A DNA stretch of 64,000 bases, taken from NCBI GenBank assembly GCA_025594325.1, contig JANHCV010000014.1, positions 186,001 to 250,000 of the forward strand, written 5' to 3'. The DNA is from Blastocladiella emersonii ATCC 22665. Lineage: Eukaryota > Fungi > Blastocladiomycota. Within the stretch, counting starts at the first letter, position 1. Each line of letters starts with the position of its first letter. The translations under genes were made by a program, and so were the position numbers. Under the pieces are notes generated by a model. The model did no database searches. It was given only the letters and a program-made list of their open reading frames with translations, and was not told the origin of the DNA. Of this stretch, positions 34,108 through 44,452 are shown in pieces.

Positions 34108-36581
34108 CTAAAAGCTGGCCTGGAGCACGCGCAGCCCACGGTATTCGCACTCATTCCGCATCATCGCGCGGAACGCGTCGCCGCGAGCCGTGGCCTTGGC
34201 CGCCGTAAACAGCTCCGCAAGTACCTCGTCCCGCTTGACGAAATGACTTTGGTACTGGTCCAGCACGACGCAGGCCGCCGCGAGAAGCCACGTCGGCGAG
34301 CGCAGCCTGTCCAGAGCGCCGCGCGGGAGCATGCGCCAGATACCTCGCGGACTTGTTACGCTGACGCGCAGAAGATCGTTGATAACAAGCGAGGGAGCTG
34401 CGTGATGAAGCTCCTTAATGATCCACGCAACGTTGGATCGACGGCCAAATTGACCGTCAGAGCCCGCGAAATCAACCATGAAAAGTGCCCCGGGCGAGAA
34501 AACGGTGTCGCGGACGGGCTCGGGGAACGACGAGAGCATCGGCGTGAAGCCAGGAACCTCGGTCAGCACCGAGCGCACAGCGAACTGCCACGGGGCCAGC
34601 TGCGGCTCGCCCGATGTCGTAGGGATTGCAAACGTTCGAACCGCATCAATCAAGTCGGCATCTGAACCGTAACAGTTGGACGGCAGCGACCACTGTGAGG
34701 ACCAGTGGCCGCTCTCGAGCCACGACCACATCTGCTCGCTCATGGGCAGCGAGTGGAGGAGAGAGGCCGCCGGCGACTTGATCTGGGTGGTGTCGGCGCG
34801 GACGTGCGGGTGAAGCAACGTGTGCAGGTGCCAGTGCGCGCGCGGTAGGGCGGTACCCGGTCGCTGCTCGGCAAGATACTCGAGCACCAACTCGCGGGTG
34901 GGTGAGGCGACGAGGAGCGAAACAAGTAGCTGACCAATAAAGACGCCGAACTCGGAATCGACCTGAGGTACTTGGAGATTTTCGAGTGAAGCGGCAAAGA
35001 TCTGGTCGTACGCACGGAAGACGGCAACTGGGCCAATGTACATGGCCAGAAACACGAGAACCGAGTCCAGTAACTTGAGGTCGCGAAGTTTCAGCAATGC
35101 GGCCATGTCGAGCACCTCCGAGAGCGAAAAACCGTGTGAGATGGCGAATGCGAGCAGACAGCACATCCACCGCGCTCGGGTCTCAACGACCCGCTTTCGA
35201 GGTGAACCGATTTTGTTCGATGATTCGAAGTCCTCAATAGCGTGAGAAAGGACTGTTCGAGATTGAAAATGGTCAGAAAATCGCCTTGAGTTTTTTCTAT
35301 CAATGCACCCGTACCTTTGCTGAACATGGAAACCATGTGATCTCGAGAGATGCCATCAATCGCATCACCCACCAACGGGTCATCGCACTGGATCAGGACC
35401 CAAAGTGCCACGGCAAGCTGATCGTCGTCAAGGGCTCCACTCACTGCGAGCAAGGCAATTTTCCAGTTTTGTTCCTTCAATCCGGAATACAAGAAGGTGT
35501 ACTCTTGGCCGAAGAAAATGTCGGCAACGTCACAGAAAAGGTCTTCCTTAGTAACCTCCGGCAACTGCCAGACCAACCTCGGGTAACCAAATTCGACAGC
35601 AACGGACAGTGCGCGGGCGTCATCGCAAACCTTGGCGAGCAGCCCGATTGCGAACGGGGCCAGCTCAGGATCGAGGTTGTCGGCAGTCCCAAAGAAACGC
35701 CGGATAATCGCTTTGAAGGCATCAAGTGGAACATCAGGATTAACGCGATGATCAATATCATGAAAGTAGCTCGTATGGAGGATTCGCCAAGCGGACGAAG
35801 TCATGTCGAGGCCGTAATCGGGATTTTCGAGAGCTACGAGGGTGTCGAGCCGCCACCACCGGTAGCACACTGTAAGGAGGTATTCGACGAGTGTGAGCTT
35901 GGTCTCGGCTCTCTCCTCATCGAGCGCGCTAGCGTACTTTTGGCGCAATTCGCTGCGCCACGAAATATCCAAGTCGACCCAACTCCGAAAGGTACGCTGG
36001 AAGTTTACGAGATCAGGAACAGCGCTGAGCAGGGTGTCAAGTTCCTCGGGGCGACCAAAGGCGGCGAGGAAGAAAGCAAGCAGACTAAAGGCCATGGAGC
36101 GCACCAGACCCTCGACATGAGTGGTTTCATCTCGAGAGCTGCAAGTTCCGGGTTCGAGCATTGGTTCCCCGCTTCGCGGCAGCAGTTGGTGCCGGCAAAA
36201 ACGGACAATGAAGTCTTCGTTGAGCGGGTGAACGCAAGGGCCCCGCGGGAGGGTCTTATGCTTACGTTGCATGGCTCGTTTCGCCATGTACATGAGGAAC
36301 GGAGTGATTGATCCAGGGCCGCTGAGCTCGATTGGAGTCTTCCAATCGTCTGTAAGGCTCAAATAAAAGTAATGCCACCCGCATAGCATCGGATAGAGTG
36401 CAACGGTGCAGCGGTAGACCCGCTGCGTTGTCGCGTTGGCAGCGATCTCGTTAAACCCGCGGGTAGCTGTCGGAACGACGATGCGCGGAGCAGCGAGACG
36501 AAGGACTTGCGCGACGAGCTCGGCCGGAAGGTCGGAAAGCCATAATTGAGCAGGCCTCGGATCAATGCATGGAGTTTTCAT
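34108..36581 (-). CDS. F-box-like family copy 6 (intact, 803 aa, 2 exons)
   Basis: MKTPCIDPRPAQLWLSDLPAELVAQVLRLAAPR. Phase-1 intron 35253-35314 (GTACGG..CTGAC..CAG) restores the frame into the ORF ending at 34108. Confidence 0.85.
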
Positions 36582-36671
36582 TGCGTAGAGGTCTATCTGA
36601 ATGTCATTCGGGGAGCGTTTACGTCGTCGACGAGAAGGCCGAGACGAAGCGCGGCCAAGGTGGCTGAACCG

Positions 36672-36683
36672 CATCAGCTGACG
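36672..36683 (-). promoter_or_regulatory. Family upstream palindrome, copy 6
   Basis: Minus strand CGTCAGCTGATG-CGGTTCAGCCAC, ~90 nt upstream of the ATG. Confidence 0.6.
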
Positions 36684-36782
36684 TCGATCAGAGCAGCCAT
36701 CTTCTCCTCACCCACGCCTCGACGCTGCACGCTAGCCTCGGCGTGGGCTTGCTTCCATGTTCAGGTCGATGCGACGCGTCGC

Positions 36783-39393
36783 TCATGCACAATTCGCCCT
36801 TTGAGGGGCGACGATTCCATTCGCTTCACTGCGAGTTGTGGGCTCGCTCCAGGAACCCGGAGCTGGGGAGTGGGCGAGGACAAAAGCTTTAGATTTAATT
36901 GACAAATACTCTAAAGAACCAGAAAGCTCGGCTTGGAGCACACGCTGCCCACGGCGCTCGCACTCGTTATTCATCATGGCGCGGAACTCCTGGCTGCGAG
37001 CCGTGGACTCGGCCGCCTTGAACAGCTCCGCGAGCGCCTCGTTGCGCACAACGATGCGGGCGCGGTACCGGTCAAGGATGACGCAGGCAGCCACGAGAAG
37101 CCACGACGGCGAGCGTAGCCCGTCGAGCGCGCCGCGCGGGAGCGTCCGCCAGGCGCTTCGCAGGCTCGTTACGCTGACGCGCAGGAGTTCCTTGACGACA
37201 AGCGACGGCGACGCGCGGTGCAGCTCCACGATGATCCACGCGGTGCTCGAGTGAAGCCCGCGTTTGTCATCGGAGCGCGCGAAGTCAGCGAGCATTAGCG
37301 CCTCGGGCGAGAGAACGGAGCGTCGAATCGACTTGGGGAACGACGTGAGAATCGGCGCGAACCCAGCAATATTGGTCAGCACGGAGCGCACGGCAAACTG
37401 CCAGGGAGCCAGCCGCTCGCCATTTGGGGCCGCGGGGATTGCGAACATGCCCGTCACTGCAAGCGACTCGGCGAGCGACGCGCAGCAGTTAGCTGGGAGC
37501 GACCAGCTGAAGCACCATTCGTTTTGCATGATCCACGACCGTGTGCGCAGGCTGAGAGGAAGCGAGTCGAAAAGCGCGAAGGCCGAGCATCCGCTCGTGC
37601 TACTCGTGGCAGCACGGACGCGCGGATCGAGCAGCGCGTGCAGATGCCAGTGTGCGCGCACCAGGGCGGTACCCGGCCGTTGTTCTCCAAGGTAGTCGAG
37701 AACGACGCCGCGGGTGGGCGAGGCGATGAGCATCGAGACAAGGAGTCGGCCGAAGAACACACCGAAGTCGGCGTTGCACTCTGGCACTTCAAAATTCTCG
37801 AGGGAAGCTTCAAGCATGTGGTCGTAAGCGCGGAAGACGGCGACCGGGCCCACGTAAACGGCCAGGAACACGAGTACGGGGTTGAGCAGCTTGAGGTCGC
37901 GCAACTGCAGCAGGCCGCCAATGTCGAGCATCTCCGTGAGCGGAACCCCACGCGCGACGGCCATCGCGAGGAGGAAGCAAAGGTCGCGCGCTCGGGCCTC
38001 AGCGACGCGCCGCTTGAGCTCATTGAATACGTCGCGCGCTTCAAACTCGGAGAGTGCGTGGTAGAATGCTACACGGGAGCAATTGTGAGGGGCGCGGATG
38101 TTGACACGAAATAACTGATGGTTTGGTCGTACCAGCAGCGAAAAGGGACTCCAACTGATGCTGTGGGATGCTGTCAATCACCTTGGAAGTGAGCGGATCG
38201 CCGCCCTCAATGAGTTTCCAAACGGCCTTGGGCATAAGCCCGTCATCCAGTAGACCGTTCGAGGCAAAAATTACAAGCAACCAGTTCGACCTCTTGTGCT
38301 GCACGGTAATGAGATCGTCCATGCCGTACAAATTGTAGTTTACGAGCCCGTCCAAAAGCGTTCTTGTTTCCGTAGACCCAAACCTTGAAATAGCCTCGTT
38401 GCAGCCGAATTCGTCCAGCAGCGGCAGCACACGGCTGTCCTGGAACGCGTTGACAAGTAGTTGCACAATGTAAAAGTTATCCCGACGCTCAAGCATGCCG
38501 GGATCGTTAAAAAGCCAGCGCAGTGTTTTCGTATAGACGTCCACTGACAAGCGCTCGTCGACATGGTGATCCATGCTAAAGAAGCAGCCCGGCCCAGAAA
38601 CGTGGTCGATTGCCGCTAACTTGTCCAAGCCGTAATTTGGGGTTTCGAGGAGCGCGAGCACATCGTATCGCCACCGACGGAAGCAAACGAGGAGCAGGTA
38701 TTCGAGCGGAGACATCTCCAGTTCACGACCCCCCTGGTCCAACAAGCTGAGCATCCATTCCGAGTCGTCATACCGCCAGTCGACATCCAAGACGGTCCAG
38801 TCGCCGAGAGGAAGCTGAAAGGATTGGAGCTTGCCAGCGGAGAGCAGGAAGTCAAGAACCGTCGCAAGCTCGGCGGGCTGGCCAACAGCGGCAAGGAAGC
38901 AAATGACCTGGCCCAAAGAATTGTAATGGAACGACAAGTCAACGGTATCGGGCTGTTTGTCCCGGGCCGAAATGAGCCGTTGGCAGAATCGTGCAAGAAA
39001 GGCCCCGTTCATAGGATGAACGCGCGGACCCCATACGGAGCACGGGTTGAGACATTGTGCACCAGTGACTTTGGCTTCCGAGATGTGGACACGCTTTGTG
39101 AAGGCCGTGATGTATTCGCCCAGTGGCACGTCGCTACCAAGCTTGACTGGCTTGCGTGCACTACGGCGCCTGGTACCCTTACGAACCCAGCCGCCGAGAA
39201 CCGGGTTGAGCAAGACTGAGCACCGGTATACCCATTGCGTCGTCGGATTGGAGGCGACTTCGGAAAAACCGCGTGTGGTGGCGGCGACGGTGCTGCGAGG
39301 GGCAGCGAGGCATAGCACTTGCGTGACGAGCTTGGCTGGAAGGTCGGAAAGCCATAATTGAGCAGGCCTCGGATCAATGCATGTAGTTTTCAT
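36783..39393 (-). CDS. F-box-like family copy 7 (intact, 848 aa, 2 exons)
   Basis: MKTTCIDPRPAQLWLSDLPAKLVTQVL. Phase-1 intron 38069-38132 (GTACGA..TAG). Confidence 0.85.
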
Positions 39394-39481
39394 TGCAAAT
39401 AGGTCTATCTAAACGTCATGCGAAGAGCGACAGCGGCTCCGAGCCGGCCGGGACGAAAGGGCTGTCGATGTGGCTGCGCCA

Positions 39482-39493
39482 CATCAGCTGACG
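39482..39493 (-). promoter_or_regulatory. Family upstream palindrome, copy 7
   Basis: Minus strand CGTCAGCTGATG-TGGCGCAGCCAC, ~90 nt upstream of the ATG. Confidence 0.6.
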
Positions 39494-39720
39494 TCGATCA
39501 GCGTGGCCATCTCCTCCTCCGCGCGTCCTGCCTTTCGTGTGCTCTGGCTGTGCTCTGGCGGTTGCGGGCTACTTTTTGTCTCATTGTGTTCAAGCGTGTC
39601 AAGTTTTTTTTGTCCGAGGCCCTCGTCGCCTCGCGACTTGGACCAGCGAGCAGTAGCGACGCTCACAGGATGGACGGAGCAGCGGCGGAGTGGTGGTGTA
39701 CAATAGATTTGCATTCATAG

Positions 39721-42169
39721 CTACTCAAGCATAACAGAAAGCTCAGCCTGCAGCACGTGCAACCCGCGGCATTCACACTCGCTGCGCATCATCGCGCAGA
39801 ACTCGTTGCTGCGAGCCGTGGCCCCGGCCGCCGTGAACAGCTCCGCAAGTACCTCGTTCCGCTTGACGAAATGACTTTGGTACTGGTCCAGCACGACGCA
39901 GGCCGCCGCGAGAAGCCACGACGGCGAGCGCAGCCCGTCGAGAGCGCCGCTAGGGAGCATGCGCCAGATTCCGCGCGTGCTCGTCACGCTCACGCGCAAG
40001 AGATCGTTGACGACGAGCGACGGCGACGCGCGGTGCAGCTCCACGATGATCCACGCGGTGCTCGAGTGAAGCTCGCTCTGGTCGTCCGCTTCGGCCGTGG
40101 GCGGGACCTCGGTTGACAAGGCAAACTCGCGAAAGGATTCGGGAACCGATGCCATCGTTGGCGCGAAGCCGGGTATTTCGGTGAGCAAGGAGCGGACGGC
40201 AAACTGCCACGGCGCCAGTTGTGAATTGAAGGGGATCGCTCGCTGACCCGCCACTGCAAAGGATTCGGCGAGCGACGCGTAGCAGTTAGACGGGAGCGGC
40301 CATTCCAGGCACCAGTCGGCACGCATGACCCACGATCGCATGGTTTGGCCGATGGGGAGTGACTCAAAGAACGCGTAAACGGACCAGCCCTCGTTGCTGT
40401 TGGCGACGGTGATGCGTGAGTGGATCAGCGAGTGCAAGTGCCAGTGTGCGCGACGAAGTGCGGTGCCCGGCCGCTGCGTAGCGAGATATTCAAGGACGAG
40501 TTCGCGTGAAGGAGATGCGGAGAGCAGCACGACGAGTAGTTTGCCGAAGAAGACAGTCAAAGCGGGGTCCACCTGCGCATCTTTAAATTGCTCAAGAAAG
40601 GTGGCAATAATCTCGTCGTAAGCTCGAAATAGGGCGACAGGACCAACGAAAACGGCCAAGAACACGAGCACGGAATCGAGAAGATTCAAGCGCTGCAAAC
40701 GCACCAAAGTATCCATGCGGAAGAGTCGCGACACCGGGCATCCGCGCGAAATGGCGAACGCAAGAAGGCAGCACACATTGCGCGCGCGGGTTGCGGTAAT
40801 GTGAGCGGTGAGCTGCTTGCGCCTGTCGTGCGACTTAAATCCAAGGAGCGCGTAGAGGATGGCTACACCGTGGCAGTAATTAGTCACCTTGCGGCCCTTT
40901 TGTCAACAGAGAAGACGCACCGCCGGCGCAAACATCCGCCACCTTGTCTACTGGAATGCTGCTGATGACGTTGTGCGTGTACGGCTCGCGGTCTTCCAGC
41001 AGCCTCCAAACGCTCTGTGCGAGGCAATCGTCGTCGAGGAGGCCGTTCAACACGTGAATGATAATGACCCAGTTATCGCACTCCCCGCGGTCAAGAAGCA
41101 GCATGCGCACATTGCCGGAGCAGGAATACGAGAGAAGCTCCATGAGAGTGTTCTTGTTGTGCTGAGGAAGAGCCGCGATCGCGTCGTTTATGCCAAGCTC
41201 GTCCAAGATGGGCAGTACGCGGTCGTCCTCGAACATGTTCACAAGCAACTGGACAACAGAGGGTATGTTGTTATGGCCAAGCATGCTAGGGTCACCAAAG
41301 AACCAGCGCAAGGTCTTGGTGTAGGTTTCCACGGGAAGATCTTCGTCAGCCTTGTGGTTCATGTAAAGCAGGGCACCCAGGTCATAGCAGCGCAGGATGG
41401 CGGCAGACTTCTCCAGTCCGTACTCGGGTGTCTCGAGCATTTCAAGCACATCGTGCCGCCACTGCCGGTAGCAGACGAGAAGTAGGTACTCAAGGAGCGA
41501 TAGTTCCTCGTTGGTCTTGTCCTCGTCACCGTCCTCGTCCAACAGCTCGCGAATCCAGAAGTCGTCCTCGGCGAGGCAGTCTACATCCAAGCTAAACCAC
41601 TTGGCAAGTCCGGACCTGCAGGAGGAGAGTTTTCCGACAGAAAGCAGGAAGTCGAGAACCGTTGCGAGTTCCGCGGTTTTGCCCACGACGGCGAGGAAGC
41701 ACGCCAGCTGGCCGAAAGTGTCGAGTTGCACCGAGGTCTCTTCGGAGTGGTTGTCGACTATTGCGACGCGACGCTGGCAGAATTGAGCAAGAAGAGTCTC
41801 GTTCAAAGGATGGACGTGTGGACCCCAGACAGGGCACGCGTTGTTCTGTGTGTGAAAACCGTAATTACGGCATGAAAAGAATTCCAAGTAAGGATGCAGC
41901 GGCAGACTGCTGTCCAGCTCAATAGGTTTCCGCGCGTTGGAATGGTGGACACCTTGGCGCACCCAGCCGCCGAGGACCGGGTTCAGCATGACCGAGCATC
42001 GATAAACCCACTGTGTCGTCGGGTTGGCTGCCACCTCGGCGAAACCGCGGGTGGCCGACGGGATGACTTTGCGCGGAGCGGCGAGGCGAAGCACCTGCGC
42101 GACGAGCTCGGCCGGGAGGTCGGACAGCCATAATTGAGCAGGTCTCGGGTTAATGCATGAAGTTTTCAT
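39721..42169 (-). CDS. F-box-like family copy 8 (intact, 796 aa, 2 exons)
   Basis: MKTSCINPRPAQLWLSDLPAELVAQVLRL. Phase-1 intron 40863-40920 (GTGCGT..CTAAT..TAG). Confidence 0.85.
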
Positions 42170-42260
42170 AGCTTTTAAGTCGTTCTGAGCATCATACGAA
42201 GAGCGTGAGCGTAATCGTCGAGACGGCCGTGACGAGGGCGTTGCAGAGGTGGCTGCGCCA

Positions 42261-42272
42261 CGTCAGCTGACG
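42261..42272 (-). promoter_or_regulatory. Family upstream palindrome, copy 8
   Basis: CGTCAGCTGACG (perfect palindrome) followed by TGGCGCAGCCAC on the minus strand, ~90 nt upstream of the ATG. Confidence 0.6.
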
Positions 42273-43249
42273 CCGATCAGCACACAGATCTCATTGCCAG
42301 TACCTCCACCACTCACTCCGTTCGGGTGTCAACTGTGCGGGGCTTTGCCCAAGTGCCCTCTCGCCGCGATCACATGGCACTATTGACGCGTCGTGGACGC
42401 GCGATGCAAGGAACACATCGTTCATGAACAGGGAGACACCGAACTCGCCTCAGGTGCAGCGCTCACTGAAGTCGTGCTTCGGATCCGTCTTACGCAAAGG
42501 GCCTCGCGAGCAGTGGGTTGCGACGCGTTAGAACCACGCGTTCGAGTTCTTGCGGCACGGCTACATCCTCTCACCTTTCCACGCCCTTCCTGCTCTTGAG
42601 CTGGATCAAGTCAACTACGGACGGACGTGGCGGCGCAAGCTGAAAGTCGCTGAATGGATTACCAGTCAAGCTGCTGTATGTAGCGACTCCCCGTGCAGCG
42701 AGTTGCGCTCACGCGCGCACAAACGCGGCCAGCCACGCTACAAGGATGGTGCTCGTGATGGAGCGCTAGCGCGCCTTGATCGTGTGCGCCTAGTACCCTC
42801 AAACGCGCCTCAGTGCAGCATACGCGCACGTAGCGCGTATCGCCAGCGCGCTCGAGGCAACTGAGATCGGATTTGCGACGGACGCGCCAGGGCGAGCCGC
42901 TCGCTCACAGCAGCATGCTGATATTCTCAATGAGCCGAAAAGAAAGTAGTCAGCGATTGTGCAACGGAGCGTACTACGCACAGCGAATGTGCGCGACGAG
43001 TCGATCTCGACTAACGCATCGATCTTCCGCCAAGGAAGCACTCAACGATGATGGCGTTCGCGTCGCACGCTATGATCCAGCTTGAGGCCTTGAGTGAGCT
43101 CGATTCCTTGGGCACGGAAGAAGAGAGCTCGGATGAAGCGGACCTACGGTGGAAGGATCGTGAAAGGTCGACGCGGGTTACGGTGCCCACGGGATGTCGT
43201 TGACGGCGACGCGAGACACCCTAGCGCAAACAAATACCGTGTGCGTCAT

Positions 43250-44180
43250 GATGCACGCGTGGGCTGACCGCTTCGTCTCGTTCGTCTCCGCCTGGCAAAA
43301 CTGCTCATGCAGCGATAATCACTGTCACGCGAATCCTCGAGAACGAGAGGACTGTCGAGCTCGTGCTGTCGCACGCCTGTCAGTGAGAAGCTAGCACCAG
43401 CGGTCGTAACCGCGGCCGCGACGGCCTGCTCAGCCGACTTAAGCTCGCCTTCAGTTGCGCGGTGGTCGTGCACAAAACGAACGGGAGACCTGTCAACGAT
43501 GTTGAAAGTCATGATGATTCCCGGCGCGCATAGAATAGAGCTCGTCCGAGCTGACAAGGAGTTTTAGTGAAGCAATCGCACGTTCCACCGCGGTGCAGGT
43601 AGCAAGGGTCGAGGTCAGAAGCAGTCAAATGCACAGCAGATGAGACGCGCGTGCTTGCGCGGAAGCGAAGCCAGATGCGCGCTCCGCTCGTGATCAAGTT
43701 CGTATCCCGCACCGCCGAGGCAAAGATACCGCGTAGCTACTCGTCGCAAAGTTTAGAGCGTCTTCGTCGCACCACGTTGCTCAGCGCAGCGTCCCGCAGT
43801 AAGGAAGCAAGAAGCGACGCGACGCCTGGCGGGCGCAACGCGGGTCTAGTGGCGGTAGCGGCGGCCAAGAAGAGCGAGTGCGCCCACACAAGGGGAAGAA
43901 CGAGAACACAAATAGTATCGCCTTGAGCTGGGGTCCTTCACAATGGCAGGTACTGCAAGCCGTGGCGACGTGAAAGCATCCCACAACACGCTACTCCACT
44001 CGGCGAGCTCGCCTAAGCAGCACTTGTGCAGTAGCAAGAGCAGAGTGCAAAAGCGGTGCCAGCGAAACACTCAAGTCAACGGCCGAGTCGAGCACAGCAC
44101 GTCGCCGTGCGAGCGCCACCCAAAGGCGCCGAGGTGGGACAGGACCGACGTGTCGTCGATTTCATGATTTATGGAATCCA
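43250..44180 (-). pseudogene. Possible decayed unidentified gene
   Basis: Track ORFs 44071-44292 and 43846-44070 are in the same frame, separated by a single stop. Protein-like segments continue in other frames (SWPPLPPLDPRCARQ; IMTFNIVDRSPVRFVHDHRATEGELKSAE). Confidence 0.25.
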
Positions 44181-44452
44181 TTGCATAGAGTAAATGAGCT
44201 TCATTGAAGAAGAAGAGCAAATGGGAGGGGAGCGGAGCGGAAGCGAGAGCCGAAGCGAAGTGGCGCAACGCGACACGGGGGAGTGATGTCATTGAGAAAA
44301 GTGTGACTGTAACGTGACGAGCGTTAGCCAGAAAATCGCGGTCACTATAGCTTGGGCAAAGCCCCGCATTCTTTCCCCGCCCCGCTCCTTTTCTCAGTTC
44401 TCTCGCCGTTGTAGTTTATTTTTTGCATCCAGGACTCTGACTTATACACTAT

